Positions 6,225-12,919 of a DNA stretch of 12,919 bases are shown one piece after another. The notes under the pieces are model-generated. The model made no database searches. It saw only the letters and a program-made list of their open reading frames with translations, and was not told where the DNA came from. Positions within the stretch are counted from its first letter, which is position 1. Every line of letters starts with the position of its first letter. The translations under genes were made by a program, and so were the position numbers. This DNA is from Nanobdellota archaeon (GTDB lineage: Archaea; Nanobdellota; Nanobdellia; Nanobdellales; Nanobdellaceae): contig JAIXNB010000004.1 in NCBI GenBank assembly GCA_020697515.1, positions 1 through 12,919 of the forward strand, read 5' to 3'.

Positions 6225-6383
6225 ATGGATCTATTATCTTTTATCGTAGGATTCCTTATTGGAGCAATCATAACAGCAGCTGCCATAATGGTATATATAA
6301 AAATAATGTTGAGGAGGATGATGTCTAGTTTTAATAATGTAAATATGCTATTGGAAATGCTGAAAAGAAGTAGACCAAAATAA
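6225..6383 (+). CDS. Candidate 52-aa single-pass membrane protein between rpl11 and rpl1 (not in the ORF track)
   Basis: My own translation gives MDLLSFIVGFLIGAIITAAAIMVYIKIMLRRMMSSFNNVNMLLEMLKRSRPK*. It has a clean N-terminal TM helix followed by a positive cluster. It fills an otherwise unexplained 198-nt gap. The TATA-like AATATAAA at 6196-6203 lies at -29..-22 of its ATG. Confidence 0.4.
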   Translation: MDLLSFIVGFLIGAIITAAAIMVYIKIMLRRMMSSFNNVNMLLEMLKRSRPK

Positions 6384-6411
6384 TTAAAATATTTTATAAT
6401 CTAAAACTAAG

Positions 6412-7065
6412 ATGGATGTTAAAACTGTTCAGCTAGTTCTTGAAAAGTCTAAAAAAAGAAGATTTCCTCAAACATTCGAGCTTATAGTAAATCTAAAACC
6501 AACATACGATCTAAGGAAGTCCGAAAATGTAGTTGTGGACTATGTTGAACTTCCAAAAGGTAGGGGGAAGAAGGTAAGAGTAGCTGCAATAGTTGGACCC
6601 GAACTTGAGAAAGTAGCTAAGGAAATATTTGATGAAGTTATAACCAAAGAGAACCTAAAAGAATTTGCTCAAGATAAAAGGAAAGCTAAGGAATTTGCAA
6701 AAAGAAATTATCATATTGTAGCACAAGTATCGGTTATGCCTGATGTAGGTAGATACCTTGGTAGATATTTAGGTCCAAGAGATAAGATGCCAAATCCAAG
6801 ATACGGTATGATATTCCCCGACAATGCCAATAAACAAATGCTTAAGACATTATATGATAGGTTACAAAAATTGGTTAGGGTTGTTATAAAGAAGCATCGA
6901 ACATTTGGAATTCCTATTGGTACTGAAAATATGGATGCTAAAGATGTTGCTGAAAATGCAAAATATGTAATTAACTGGTTGTTCAACAGAATTCCAGGAG
7001 GGAGACAATCTATAAAAAGTATATACCTTAAGCTCACTATGGGTCCTGCAGTCAGAATTTTTTAG
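6412..7065 (+). CDS. rpl1: 50S ribosomal protein L1
   Basis: The 217-aa product has the segments RRFPQTFELIVNLK, ELPKGRGKKVRVAAIV and LGPRDKMPNP that are characteristic of L1. Confidence 0.95.
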   Translation: MDVKTVQLVLEKSKKRRFPQTFELIVNLKPTYDLRKSENVVVDYVELPKGRGKKVRVAAIVGPELEKVAKEIFDEVITKENLKEFAQDKRKAKEFAKRNYHIVAQVSVMPDVGRYLGRYLGPRDKMPNPRYGMIFPDNANKQMLKTLYDRLQKLVRVVIKKHRTFGIPIGTENMDAKDVAENAKYVINWLFNRIPGGRQSIKSIYLKLTMGPAVRIF

Positions 7066-7066
7066 G

Positions 7067-7071
7067 TTTTT
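7067..7071 (+). terminator. T5 tract 1 nt after the rpl1 stop
   Basis: The sequence reads TAG-G-TTTTT-AT. rplP0 then has its own TATA-like TTTTAAAT at 7114-7121. Confidence 0.4.
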
Positions 7072-7147
7072 ATATAGCTAAAACCATTCTCTTTAGGACA
7101 AAGGGGCTCACAGATTCTTTTTAAATTTTCCCTTTAGATAAACTACA

Positions 7148-8143
7148 ATGGTTGCCCCTTGGAAGGTAGAATATGTTAATAATCTTGTTGAAGAATTAAA
7201 GAAATCTTCAACTTTCGCTATAGCAAACGCTATGGATATTCCATCTAGATCTATGCAGCAGATTAGGAAAAGTCTGAAGCAAAATAATGTTTACGTCAAA
7301 GTTGTTAAAAAAACTTTACTAATAAAGGCTTTAGACAAATTGGTGCAGGAAAATCCAAAATATAGAGAGATTATGGAGTTCCTTGAAAAACAAAAAAGAA
7401 TAACTATTACTTTACTGATACCTCGAGAGGATATGAATCCATTTAAGTTATATAGGATTCTGGAAGAGAATAAATCTTATAGGGCTGCAAGACCAGGAGA
7501 TATTGCTCCAAATGATATAGTGATTCCCTCAGGTCCTACTCCATTCACTCCTGGTCCAATCCTCTCTACACTTAAAAAGTTTAATCTAAAAACTAAAGTT
7601 GAGGGTGGAAAAATTGTTATAACAGAAGATAAAATTGTTGCAAAGAAAGGGGAAGAAGTAACATTTGAAATTGCAGATCTTCTTAATAAATTCGGGATAG
7701 AGCCAATAGAGGTAAAACTAAACATAGTACTAGCATATGATAAGGGTATAATATACACGGAAGATATACTATCTATACCTCCAGAGAAATACATTGAAGA
7801 TCTTCAAGGAGCATTTAGAAAAGCAGTGGCCTTATCTCTGGAAATAGTATTACCAACTAAATACTCTAAAGAATTATTACTCAAGAGGGCCTTTGAAAAT
7901 GCAGTTAAACTTTCCCTAAAGACAGGAATACCATCTAAAGATACTATAAAGCCAATGCTGAAGAGATTGATAGCTACTGCAGTAGCAGCGGCACAATACC
8001 TACCCGAAGATGTAAGGCCTATAAAAATACAGATGGAGCAAACTCAGATACAGGAAGAAAAGAGAGAAGAAAAATCAAAAGAAGAAGAGGATAAAAAAGA
8101 CGAGCAAGCACTAGAAGGATTGGGATCTTTATTCGGATTCTAA
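7148..8143 (+). CDS. rplP0: 50S ribosomal stalk protein P0 (L10)
   Basis: The 331-aa product has an N-terminal L10 domain (PWKVEYVNNLVEELKK...IRKSLK...VKVVKKTLL) and an acidic C-terminal tail ending EEEDKKDEQALEGLGSLFGF, the conserved stalk peptide. Confidence 0.95.
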   Translation: MVAPWKVEYVNNLVEELKKSSTFAIANAMDIPSRSMQQIRKSLKQNNVYVKVVKKTLLIKALDKLVQENPKYREIMEFLEKQKRITITLLIPREDMNPFKLYRILEENKSYRAARPGDIAPNDIVIPSGPTPFTPGPILSTLKKFNLKTKVEGGKIVITEDKIVAKKGEEVTFEIADLLNKFGIEPIEVKLNIVLAYDKGIIYTEDILSIPPEKYIEDLQGAFRKAVALSLEIVLPTKYSKELLLKRAFENAVKLSLKTGIPSKDTIKPMLKRLIATAVAAAQYLPEDVRPIKIQMEQTQIQEEKREEKSKEEEDKKDEQALEGLGSLFGF

Positions 8144-8146
8144 ATT

Positions 8147-8656
8147 TTATTTTTGATTCTTTAATACTTTAAATTCTACATTCATATTATTATTTTTTAT
8201 CTCTAGTATTGCTACAGACTTCATAACATCTCCATACTTCCCTGATCTGACACCAGTAGCTGTACCAGGGTTTATAAAGTAAATTTGTTTATAATATGTA
8301 AATAACGGCAAATGGGTATGGCCAAATACCACAATATCCACATTCTTAGCCTTAGCCAATTCATATATTTGTTTGATATCTCCCCTCGGATATATCTTGT
8401 CAGAGTGAAATACAAACATATTATAACTTCCAACCTTCAACGTTAGTTCTGAAGGTAGATCAATACTGTCCGTATTACCTCTAACAGCTTTTGTTGGCGC
8501 TATATCATTTAATATCTCTAAAACCTTGAAATCATTAATATCTCCACAATGTATGATAATATCTACTCTTTTACCCCTGAACCAGTCTAAGAATTTCTTT
8601 GGAATCTCCAATGCTCTCCAGGGGATATGAGTATCCGATATTAAACCTATCCTCAT
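8147..8656 (-). CDS. Metallophosphoesterase, MJ0936/YfcE family
   Basis: The 169-aa product has the calcineurin-like motifs ISDTH, HCGDI, GNTD and FGHTH in canonical order. Confidence 0.85.
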   Translation of the reverse strand: MRIGLISDTHIPWRALEIPKKFLDWFRGKRVDIIIHCGDINDFKVLEILNDIAPTKAVRGNTDSIDLPSELTLKVGSYNMFVFHSDKIYPRGDIKQIYELAKAKNVDIVVFGHTHLPLFTYYKQIYFINPGTATGVRSGKYGDVMKSVAILEIKNNNMNVEFKVLKNQK

Positions 8657-8676
8657 TCACGAAATTTGCTAAATAA

Positions 8677-8686
8677 TTATTAAAAA
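8677..8686. promoter_or_regulatory. Shared, overlapping TATA element for the divergent metallophosphoesterase and CaCA genes
   Basis: The start codons are 50 nt apart (8656 minus, 8707 plus). TTATTAAA (8677-8684, plus) and TTTTTAAT (8679-8686, minus) are each at -30..-23 of their gene and overlap by 6 nt. Confidence 0.5.
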
Positions 8687-8706
8687 CTCAATAGTCTCAT
8701 GTTTAA

Positions 8707-9651
8707 ATGATAATGATGGAGTTTATACTATTAGTAGTGAGTCTGACTCTTTTAGTAAAATCCGCAGATATTTTAATCAATAGCGCATCCAAACTAGCTA
8801 TGAAGCTTGGAGTATCTAAGAACATTATCGGACTCACTTTAGTTGCGTTTGGAACCTCTTTTCCAGAACTTGTTGTTAATACTCTATCATCATTGAAGGG
8901 GGAAAACTCAATAACTCTGGGAAACATTATCGGTTCTAATTTAGCAAATTTATCTTTAGTTATTGGAGCTTCTGCGATAATATCCCCCATAATAATACAT
9001 AGAAGAGCTATTTGGAGAGAGATTCCTCTTGCAACTGTGATTACTCTTGCAAACTTATTCTTAATAATGGATGGTAGTCTAACCTTCTGGGATGGTTTAG
9101 TTCTATATTTATTTTTCATACTTTTTCTGTTCTATACTCTAGAGCAGATAGTCTTAGAGAAAAATGATGATAGTAAGAAAGTTATGGAAATCAGAGATAG
9201 TTATAAAAAGCTCAATTTGTATATGATCTTATCTTTAGTAGGATTATATCTATCTGGTAAGTATCTCATAGATTCTCTTATTGCTGTCTCACAAAATCTC
9301 GGGGTGTCCCCTTATGCTTTATCTGCAATTTTAATTGCTGCAGGAACCTCTTTACCAGAATTAGTAGTAAGTGTACTAGCAGCTGTTAAAAAAGAGAGTG
9401 AACTAGTTGTTGGAAACATGCTCGGTAGTAATATATTTAATATAGGTTTCATTCTAGCAACATCCTCTATTATACATCCTATTAAAGTTTTCTCAGAAAA
9501 TATAATATTACATATAATACTAATACTAATAGCTACTGCAATATTGTTTATAGGTAATTTTACATTAAAGAGGAGAGTCATAGACCGTGAGGAGGGATTA
9601 CTACTTTTGTTAGTTTATGTAGTGTTCTTTATGAGCCTATTTTGCTCTTAA
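8707..9651 (+). CDS. Cation/Ca2+ exchanger, CaCA family (YrbG/NCX_Mj-like)
   Basis: The 314-aa product has about 10 TM segments and the two alpha-repeat signatures GTSFPEL (AFGTSFPELVV) and GTSLPEL (AAGTSLPELVVS), each followed by GNxxGSN. Confidence 0.85.
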   Translation: MIMMEFILLVVSLTLLVKSADILINSASKLAMKLGVSKNIIGLTLVAFGTSFPELVVNTLSSLKGENSITLGNIIGSNLANLSLVIGASAIISPIIIHRRAIWREIPLATVITLANLFLIMDGSLTFWDGLVLYLFFILFLFYTLEQIVLEKNDDSKKVMEIRDSYKKLNLYMILSLVGLYLSGKYLIDSLIAVSQNLGVSPYALSAILIAAGTSLPELVVSVLAAVKKESELVVGNMLGSNIFNIGFILATSSIIHPIKVFSENIILHIILILIATAILFIGNFTLKRRVIDREEGLLLLLVYVVFFMSLFCS

Positions 9652-9769
9652 TATCCACATCCTTGATTGAAGATCGATGATATCCAATGTTAGTATGTAT
9701 GGGCCTTGGTATATTTTTGGGGGATAATGATTACTTTTCGGGAAGACATTTGAAAATAAAAGAATTAAA

Positions 9770-11305
9770 TTGTTATTATTACAAGTGTGGTTAGAAAGAC
9801 CTGAAATACATTGGAATGCGCTAGATGTCTTAGCCCACCAAATAGTGGGGTTAACTATAGATTTTGGAGAAGTTGAAATTGATAAAGTATGGGAGACAAT
9901 AAAGAGGAGTTATGTATATAAAGATCTCTCTTATGGGGAGTTTTTAGAAGTTATAGAGTTTTTAGATTCTATCAGATTGATTAAGTTTGATAAAGAAAAG
10001 AACAAAATAACTAAAACAAGGAAAGGACACTTTTATTATATTGAGAACCTCTCTATGATTCCTGATGAAAAATCATATGATGTAGTGGATATAACCACTA
10101 AGATACGAATAGGAATTTTGCATGAAGAGTTCATAGCAAAATACGGTAATCCTGGTACTGTATTCATTTTGAGAGGATTTCCTTGGAAAATTGAGAAAGT
10201 TGAAAGAAACAAAGTTTTTGTATCTCTCTCCAAAGATTTTGAGAGCGCTATCCCATCTTGGGAGGGAGAACTATTACCAGTTCCATTTGAAATTGCTCAA
10301 GAATCCCAAAAAATAAAAGCAGAGTTAATAAATAAACTAGAAGATCTAAAGGAGCAGAAACTATATTTTATTCCTGATCCAAATTTGATTATTTTAGAGA
10401 GGTATAAAGATTGGTTCATAATCCATGCACCTTTTGGATCTAAAACAAATGACACGTTAGCCAGAATTATTGCATATATTATCTCTAGAGATTATGGCAT
10501 TGTAGTTGGTATAAGAACCGACCCATATAGGATATTGCTTAAAGCAGGGTATATTAATTTAAAAACTATCAAGGAAGTTTTAGAGAATCTCCCAGATGAA
10601 TTTGAGAATATGCTAGAAAAAGCAATAAAAAACACAGATTTATTCTTATGGAGATTTACTCATGTTGCTAAAAGGTTTGGGGTGATAAAAAAAGATGCAG
10701 ACTACTCTAAAAGTACCTTAAGAAGGATAGTGGAGGAGTTAATTGATACACCAGTATATAAGGAAACTATAAATGAAATATTCATCGAAAAGATGGATAT
10801 TCCCAACGCAAAGAAAGTTATAAGGAGGATAAAGGAAGGAAAAATAAAAGTTAAAATAATTAATAAAGAAAGACCCTCACCTTTAGCAATACTAGGATTA
10901 GAGCAAGTCGTATCTGATGTAATGTTATCTGATAAATGGAGAGAAATTTTAAGATTAGTTAAGGAAAGACTGGAAAACACTGAATTATATCTAGTATGTA
11001 TGAACTGTAAATCTATTTATAAGATTAAAGTAAAGGAATGGAATGAAAATTTTAGATGTAATAAGTGCGGTGGTGTATATTTTGGCGTTTCAAAAGGGTC
11101 AAAGTTTGATGATCAAACATTGGGTGTCACTGCAGATCTATTAAAATACTTCGGCAGGAAATTCCTATTAACTTATGCAGGTAAAGGAGTGAGCTATATT
11201 TCAGCTATAAGAATATTAAAAAGAGAATACAAGAATGAAGAGGAATTATTGAGGTATATCATTGAGGAGGAGAAAAGATTTTTTAAGATCAGAAAATATA
11301 TCTGA
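9770..11305 (+). CDS. C-terminal half of an Lhr-type (large helicase-related) helicase: winged-helix / DEAD-associated domain, domain 4 and a C-terminal Cys4 zinc ribbon. No helicase core is present.
   Basis: The segments NALDVLAHQIVG, SMIPDEKSYDVV, IGILHEEFI...FILRGFPWKIEKV and IPSWEGELLPVP align by eye with the Lhr region that follows motif VI (E. coli Lhr has NPLDVLAQQTVA, GTIPDRGMYSV, VGELDEEMV...WRIQQI and LPFWRGEG). A CxxC...CxxC motif sits at CMNCKS...CNKCGG. The track start is a TTG, the frame is open from 9731, and the first in-frame ATG is about 95 codons in. Confidence 0.75.
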   Translation: MLLLQVWLERPEIHWNALDVLAHQIVGLTIDFGEVEIDKVWETIKRSYVYKDLSYGEFLEVIEFLDSIRLIKFDKEKNKITKTRKGHFYYIENLSMIPDEKSYDVVDITTKIRIGILHEEFIAKYGNPGTVFILRGFPWKIEKVERNKVFVSLSKDFESAIPSWEGELLPVPFEIAQESQKIKAELINKLEDLKEQKLYFIPDPNLIILERYKDWFIIHAPFGSKTNDTLARIIAYIISRDYGIVVGIRTDPYRILLKAGYINLKTIKEVLENLPDEFENMLEKAIKNTDLFLWRFTHVAKRFGVIKKDADYSKSTLRRIVEELIDTPVYKETINEIFIEKMDIPNAKKVIRRIKEGKIKVKIINKERPSPLAILGLEQVVSDVMLSDKWREILRLVKERLENTELYLVCMNCKSIYKIKVKEWNENFRCNKCGGVYFGVSKGSKFDDQTLGVTADLLKYFGRKFLLTYAGKGVSYISAIRILKREYKNEEELLRYIIEEEKRFFKIRKYI

Positions 11306-11306
11306 G

Positions 11307-12677
11307 ATGTATTCTTTGGTCAGATATTTCAAAAACATTTTTAACGAAGAGGTATCAAGGTATTTTTTAATTTTCTTATTAGCATTTGTACCCCAATTAA
11401 TTATTATATTCACCGAATCTCCCATCTTGCTGTGGGAGGAGAATATACATTTAGCTACTGCTAAAAAATTCATTGAAGCTGATAATTATTCTGAAGGTTT
11501 CCAATTTTCAATATTGGAATGGATATTAGCATCATTAATTGTTATATTTGGAGATAACATAACTATAATTAAAATAGTTCTAATTCTCATATATTCCATT
11601 TCTGTAATATTTTTGTTTAAAATCTTTGAAGAATACTATAAGGATTCCTGGAAGAATAGTCTTTTTACCTTTTTTTATGTTGTTAATGGAATAAATCTGT
11701 TTTGGGCTAGTAGGATATGTTCGGATGTACTTGGGGCATCTTTTTTGATATTGTCATTATATTTTTATTATAGGTACTACTATAAACGAGAAGATAAAGA
11801 TCTTGTTTGCTCTACATTTTTTGGAGTGTTATCATTTTTAGCAAAGTTGTATTACGGGCTTTGGCTAGTTATATTGTTAATGACTTTAGAAAATAGAGTA
11901 AAAGTTAGATTTTTAATGTATTTATTGATATTTGTTTTTCCTTGGCTCTTATATAATATTATATATTATGAGAGTCCTTTACGGGTTTTAATAAACCAAT
12001 ATAATATAACCTTCTCCTGGCAACATTCAGAATCCATATTAAGGTTCATAAACAACTTGTTGGTATATATAGGTTTTATAACGGTATCCCTATTACTTTA
12101 TACAAAAATAAATGCTGTTGAGAGACCTATATATTTTTATACTTTAATTTTATTGGTCTATTTTACAGTCTTCGTAGAATTTAATAACCCTAGACACTTT
12201 ATAGCAATCCTACCAACTCTCATAATTCTTGCTAGGGCAACTGTTGACAGAATCCCTGGAACTTTACTAATTCTTCTTTTGGCTTATACATTCTCAGCAG
12301 GACAGTCTGCTTTAAAAGGAATAAATGACATAATTCAATATAGATTTTGTTGGGATGGAACAGATATAATATCATTTGCAATAAACTATCTTAGAAATCA
12401 CAATGCTTCTGTTGTTCTAAGCAATTGTTGTTGGATATGGATAAGAAATACCTTAGGAATAGAATCCTACGCATTATGGTCAGAAAATGTTTCATACCTT
12501 ATACAATTATATAAACCCGATTATATAGTGTATAGTCCGAATTACGGGATATTACTAAATTATAGTTTTAAAAATTTAGAAGAAGTAGTGGAATATGAAG
12601 ATGTCTGCGGATTAAAGGTGATAATTTACAGCCGGAAACCGCTCTCCCCTCAAAATTATTTAGAAAATAAACAATAA
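11307..12677 (+). CDS. Polytopic membrane protein, probably a GT-C-fold glycosyltransferase (GT39/ArnT/PMT_2-like)
   Basis: It has at least 10 hydrophobic segments, an acidic motif in the first predicted loop (LLWEENIHLATAKKF, compare the D/E-E motif of GT-C enzymes), and a soluble C-terminal domain of about 100 aa. I place the start at the ATG at 11307, 1 nt after the helicase stop, rather than at the track's TTG at 11262. The functional call is by architecture only. Confidence 0.55.
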   Translation: MYSLVRYFKNIFNEEVSRYFLIFLLAFVPQLIIIFTESPILLWEENIHLATAKKFIEADNYSEGFQFSILEWILASLIVIFGDNITIIKIVLILIYSISVIFLFKIFEEYYKDSWKNSLFTFFYVVNGINLFWASRICSDVLGASFLILSLYFYYRYYYKREDKDLVCSTFFGVLSFLAKLYYGLWLVILLMTLENRVKVRFLMYLLIFVFPWLLYNIIYYESPLRVLINQYNITFSWQHSESILRFINNLLVYIGFITVSLLLYTKINAVERPIYFYTLILLVYFTVFVEFNNPRHFIAILPTLIILARATVDRIPGTLLILLLAYTFSAGQSALKGINDIIQYRFCWDGTDIISFAINYLRNHNASVVLSNCCWIWIRNTLGIESYALWSENVSYLIQLYKPDYIVYSPNYGILLNYSFKNLEEVVEYEDVCGLKVIIYSRKPLSPQNYLENKQ

Positions 12678-12680
12678 TAT

Positions 12681-12823
12681 TTATCTACCTTGAGAGAGCC
12701 TCTCATTCCATAGTATATAGACTTCATCAGGGAACGTTCTAAATATAACTCCCCACATTCTGACTCTCCCTACCCTTTCGGGTTTGTCTATACCACATAC
12801 CGGTAGGGGATTGTATATGGCAT
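12681..12823 (-). pseudogene. Possible frame-disrupted small gene, or alternatively a structured small RNA
   Basis: On the minus strand, the ATG at 12823 lies 19-26 nt downstream of TTAAATAT (12842-12849), but that frame closes after 11 codons (MPYTIPYRYVV*). The -1 frame is open for 48 codons (RYAIYNPLPVCGIDKPERVGRVRMWGVIFRTFPDEVYILWNERLSQGR*). It ends 3 nt from the convergent gene's stop, the same spacing as the rplP0/phosphoesterase pair. The span is 143 nt, one short of a multiple of three. Confidence 0.25.
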
Positions 12824-12919
12824 ATCTTTATGTTACCTGATATATTTAATGTTACTAAAATTGGGAACAGTTTCGAATCTAATTATATAAAACTATAATT
12901 AACTAACCCATACAATGAG

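Noticed and set aside
6711-7037. 108-aa minus-strand ORF
   Set aside because: It is the antisense shadow of rpl1, with the same compositional artefact.
7477-7794. 105-aa minus-strand ORF
   Set aside because: It is the antisense shadow of rplP0.
8703-9119. 138-aa minus-strand ORF
   Set aside because: It is antisense to the CaCA exchanger gene, whose alpha-repeat motifs identify the true coding strand.
9312-9581. 89-aa minus-strand ORF
   Set aside because: It is antisense to the second alpha-repeat half of the CaCA gene.
9687-9794. 35-aa ORF (MLVCMGLGIFLGDNDYFSGRHLKIKELNCYYYKCG) upstream of and overlapping the helicase-half start
   Set aside because: It is short, and the SGRH string only vaguely recalls helicase motif VI. 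It shares nucleotides with the frame that aligns better to Lhr, so it is most likely spurious.
10036-10233. 65-aa minus-strand ORF
   Set aside because: It is antisense to the Lhr-type ORF, and the plus-strand homology is clear.
10702-10980. 92-aa minus-strand ORF
   Set aside because: It is antisense to the Lhr-type ORF.
11262-11306. TTG-initiated 15-codon extension of the membrane protein ORF, overlapping the helicase gene by 44 nt
   Set aside because: The ATG at 11307, 1 nt after the upstream stop and with a TTTTTTAA box at -28..-21, is the more plausible start. The extension is basic and non-hydrophobic and comes from the overlap frame.
11246-11473. 75-aa minus-strand ORF spanning the helicase/glycosyltransferase junction
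   Set aside because: It overlaps two plus-strand genes, and its product has no recognisable features.
1-12919. Search for CRISPR arrays, IS elements or terminal inverted repeats, integrases, toxin-antitoxin or other defence cassettes
   Set aside because: I saw no periodic direct repeats and no transposase, integrase or nuclease-like ORFs. All sizeable ORFs are accounted for by housekeeping or transport functions.

Overview
This is an AT-rich, very compact archaeal chromosome segment that carries mostly housekeeping genes. In order, they are rpl15e, radA, a stand-alone PRC-barrel protein, an intron-containing tRNA-Lys(CUU), a SlyD-like FKBP isomerase, ftsZ, secE-spt5 (secE is absent from the ORF track), rpl11, rpl1, rplP0, an MJ0936-type metallophosphoesterase, a CaCA cation/Ca2+ exchanger, only the C-terminal half of an Lhr-type helicase, and a polytopic GT-C-like membrane protein. 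The RNA genes are GC-rich islands in AT-rich DNA, which is typical of hyperthermophiles. Almost every gene has an A/T octamer, often exactly TTTAAATA, about 23-30 nt upstream of its ATG. This implies leaderless mRNAs, and two divergent gene pairs have start codons only 42 and 50 nt apart. Together with the broken secE-spt5/rpl11-rpl1-rplP0 cluster and the half helicase gene, the window looks Nanoarchaeota/DPANN-like, but the taxon cannot be proven from here. The most interesting locus is tRNA-Lys(CUU) at 2897-3105 on the minus strand. It has a 135-nt intervening sequence at the non-canonical position 30/31, and that sequence is built like two head-to-tail tRNA half genes. A GC clamp plus T5 terminator follows the 5' exon. 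The window's consensus TATA octamer sits exactly at -30..-23 from the GC-rich leader of the 3' exon. Other points worth a second look are the orphan Lhr C-terminal half with no ATG start, an untracked 52-aa membrane ORF between rpl11 and rpl1, a frame-disrupted small ORF or structured RNA at the 3' end, and a truncated GC-rich RNA-like block at the 5' edge. I saw no CRISPR array, mobile element or defence system.
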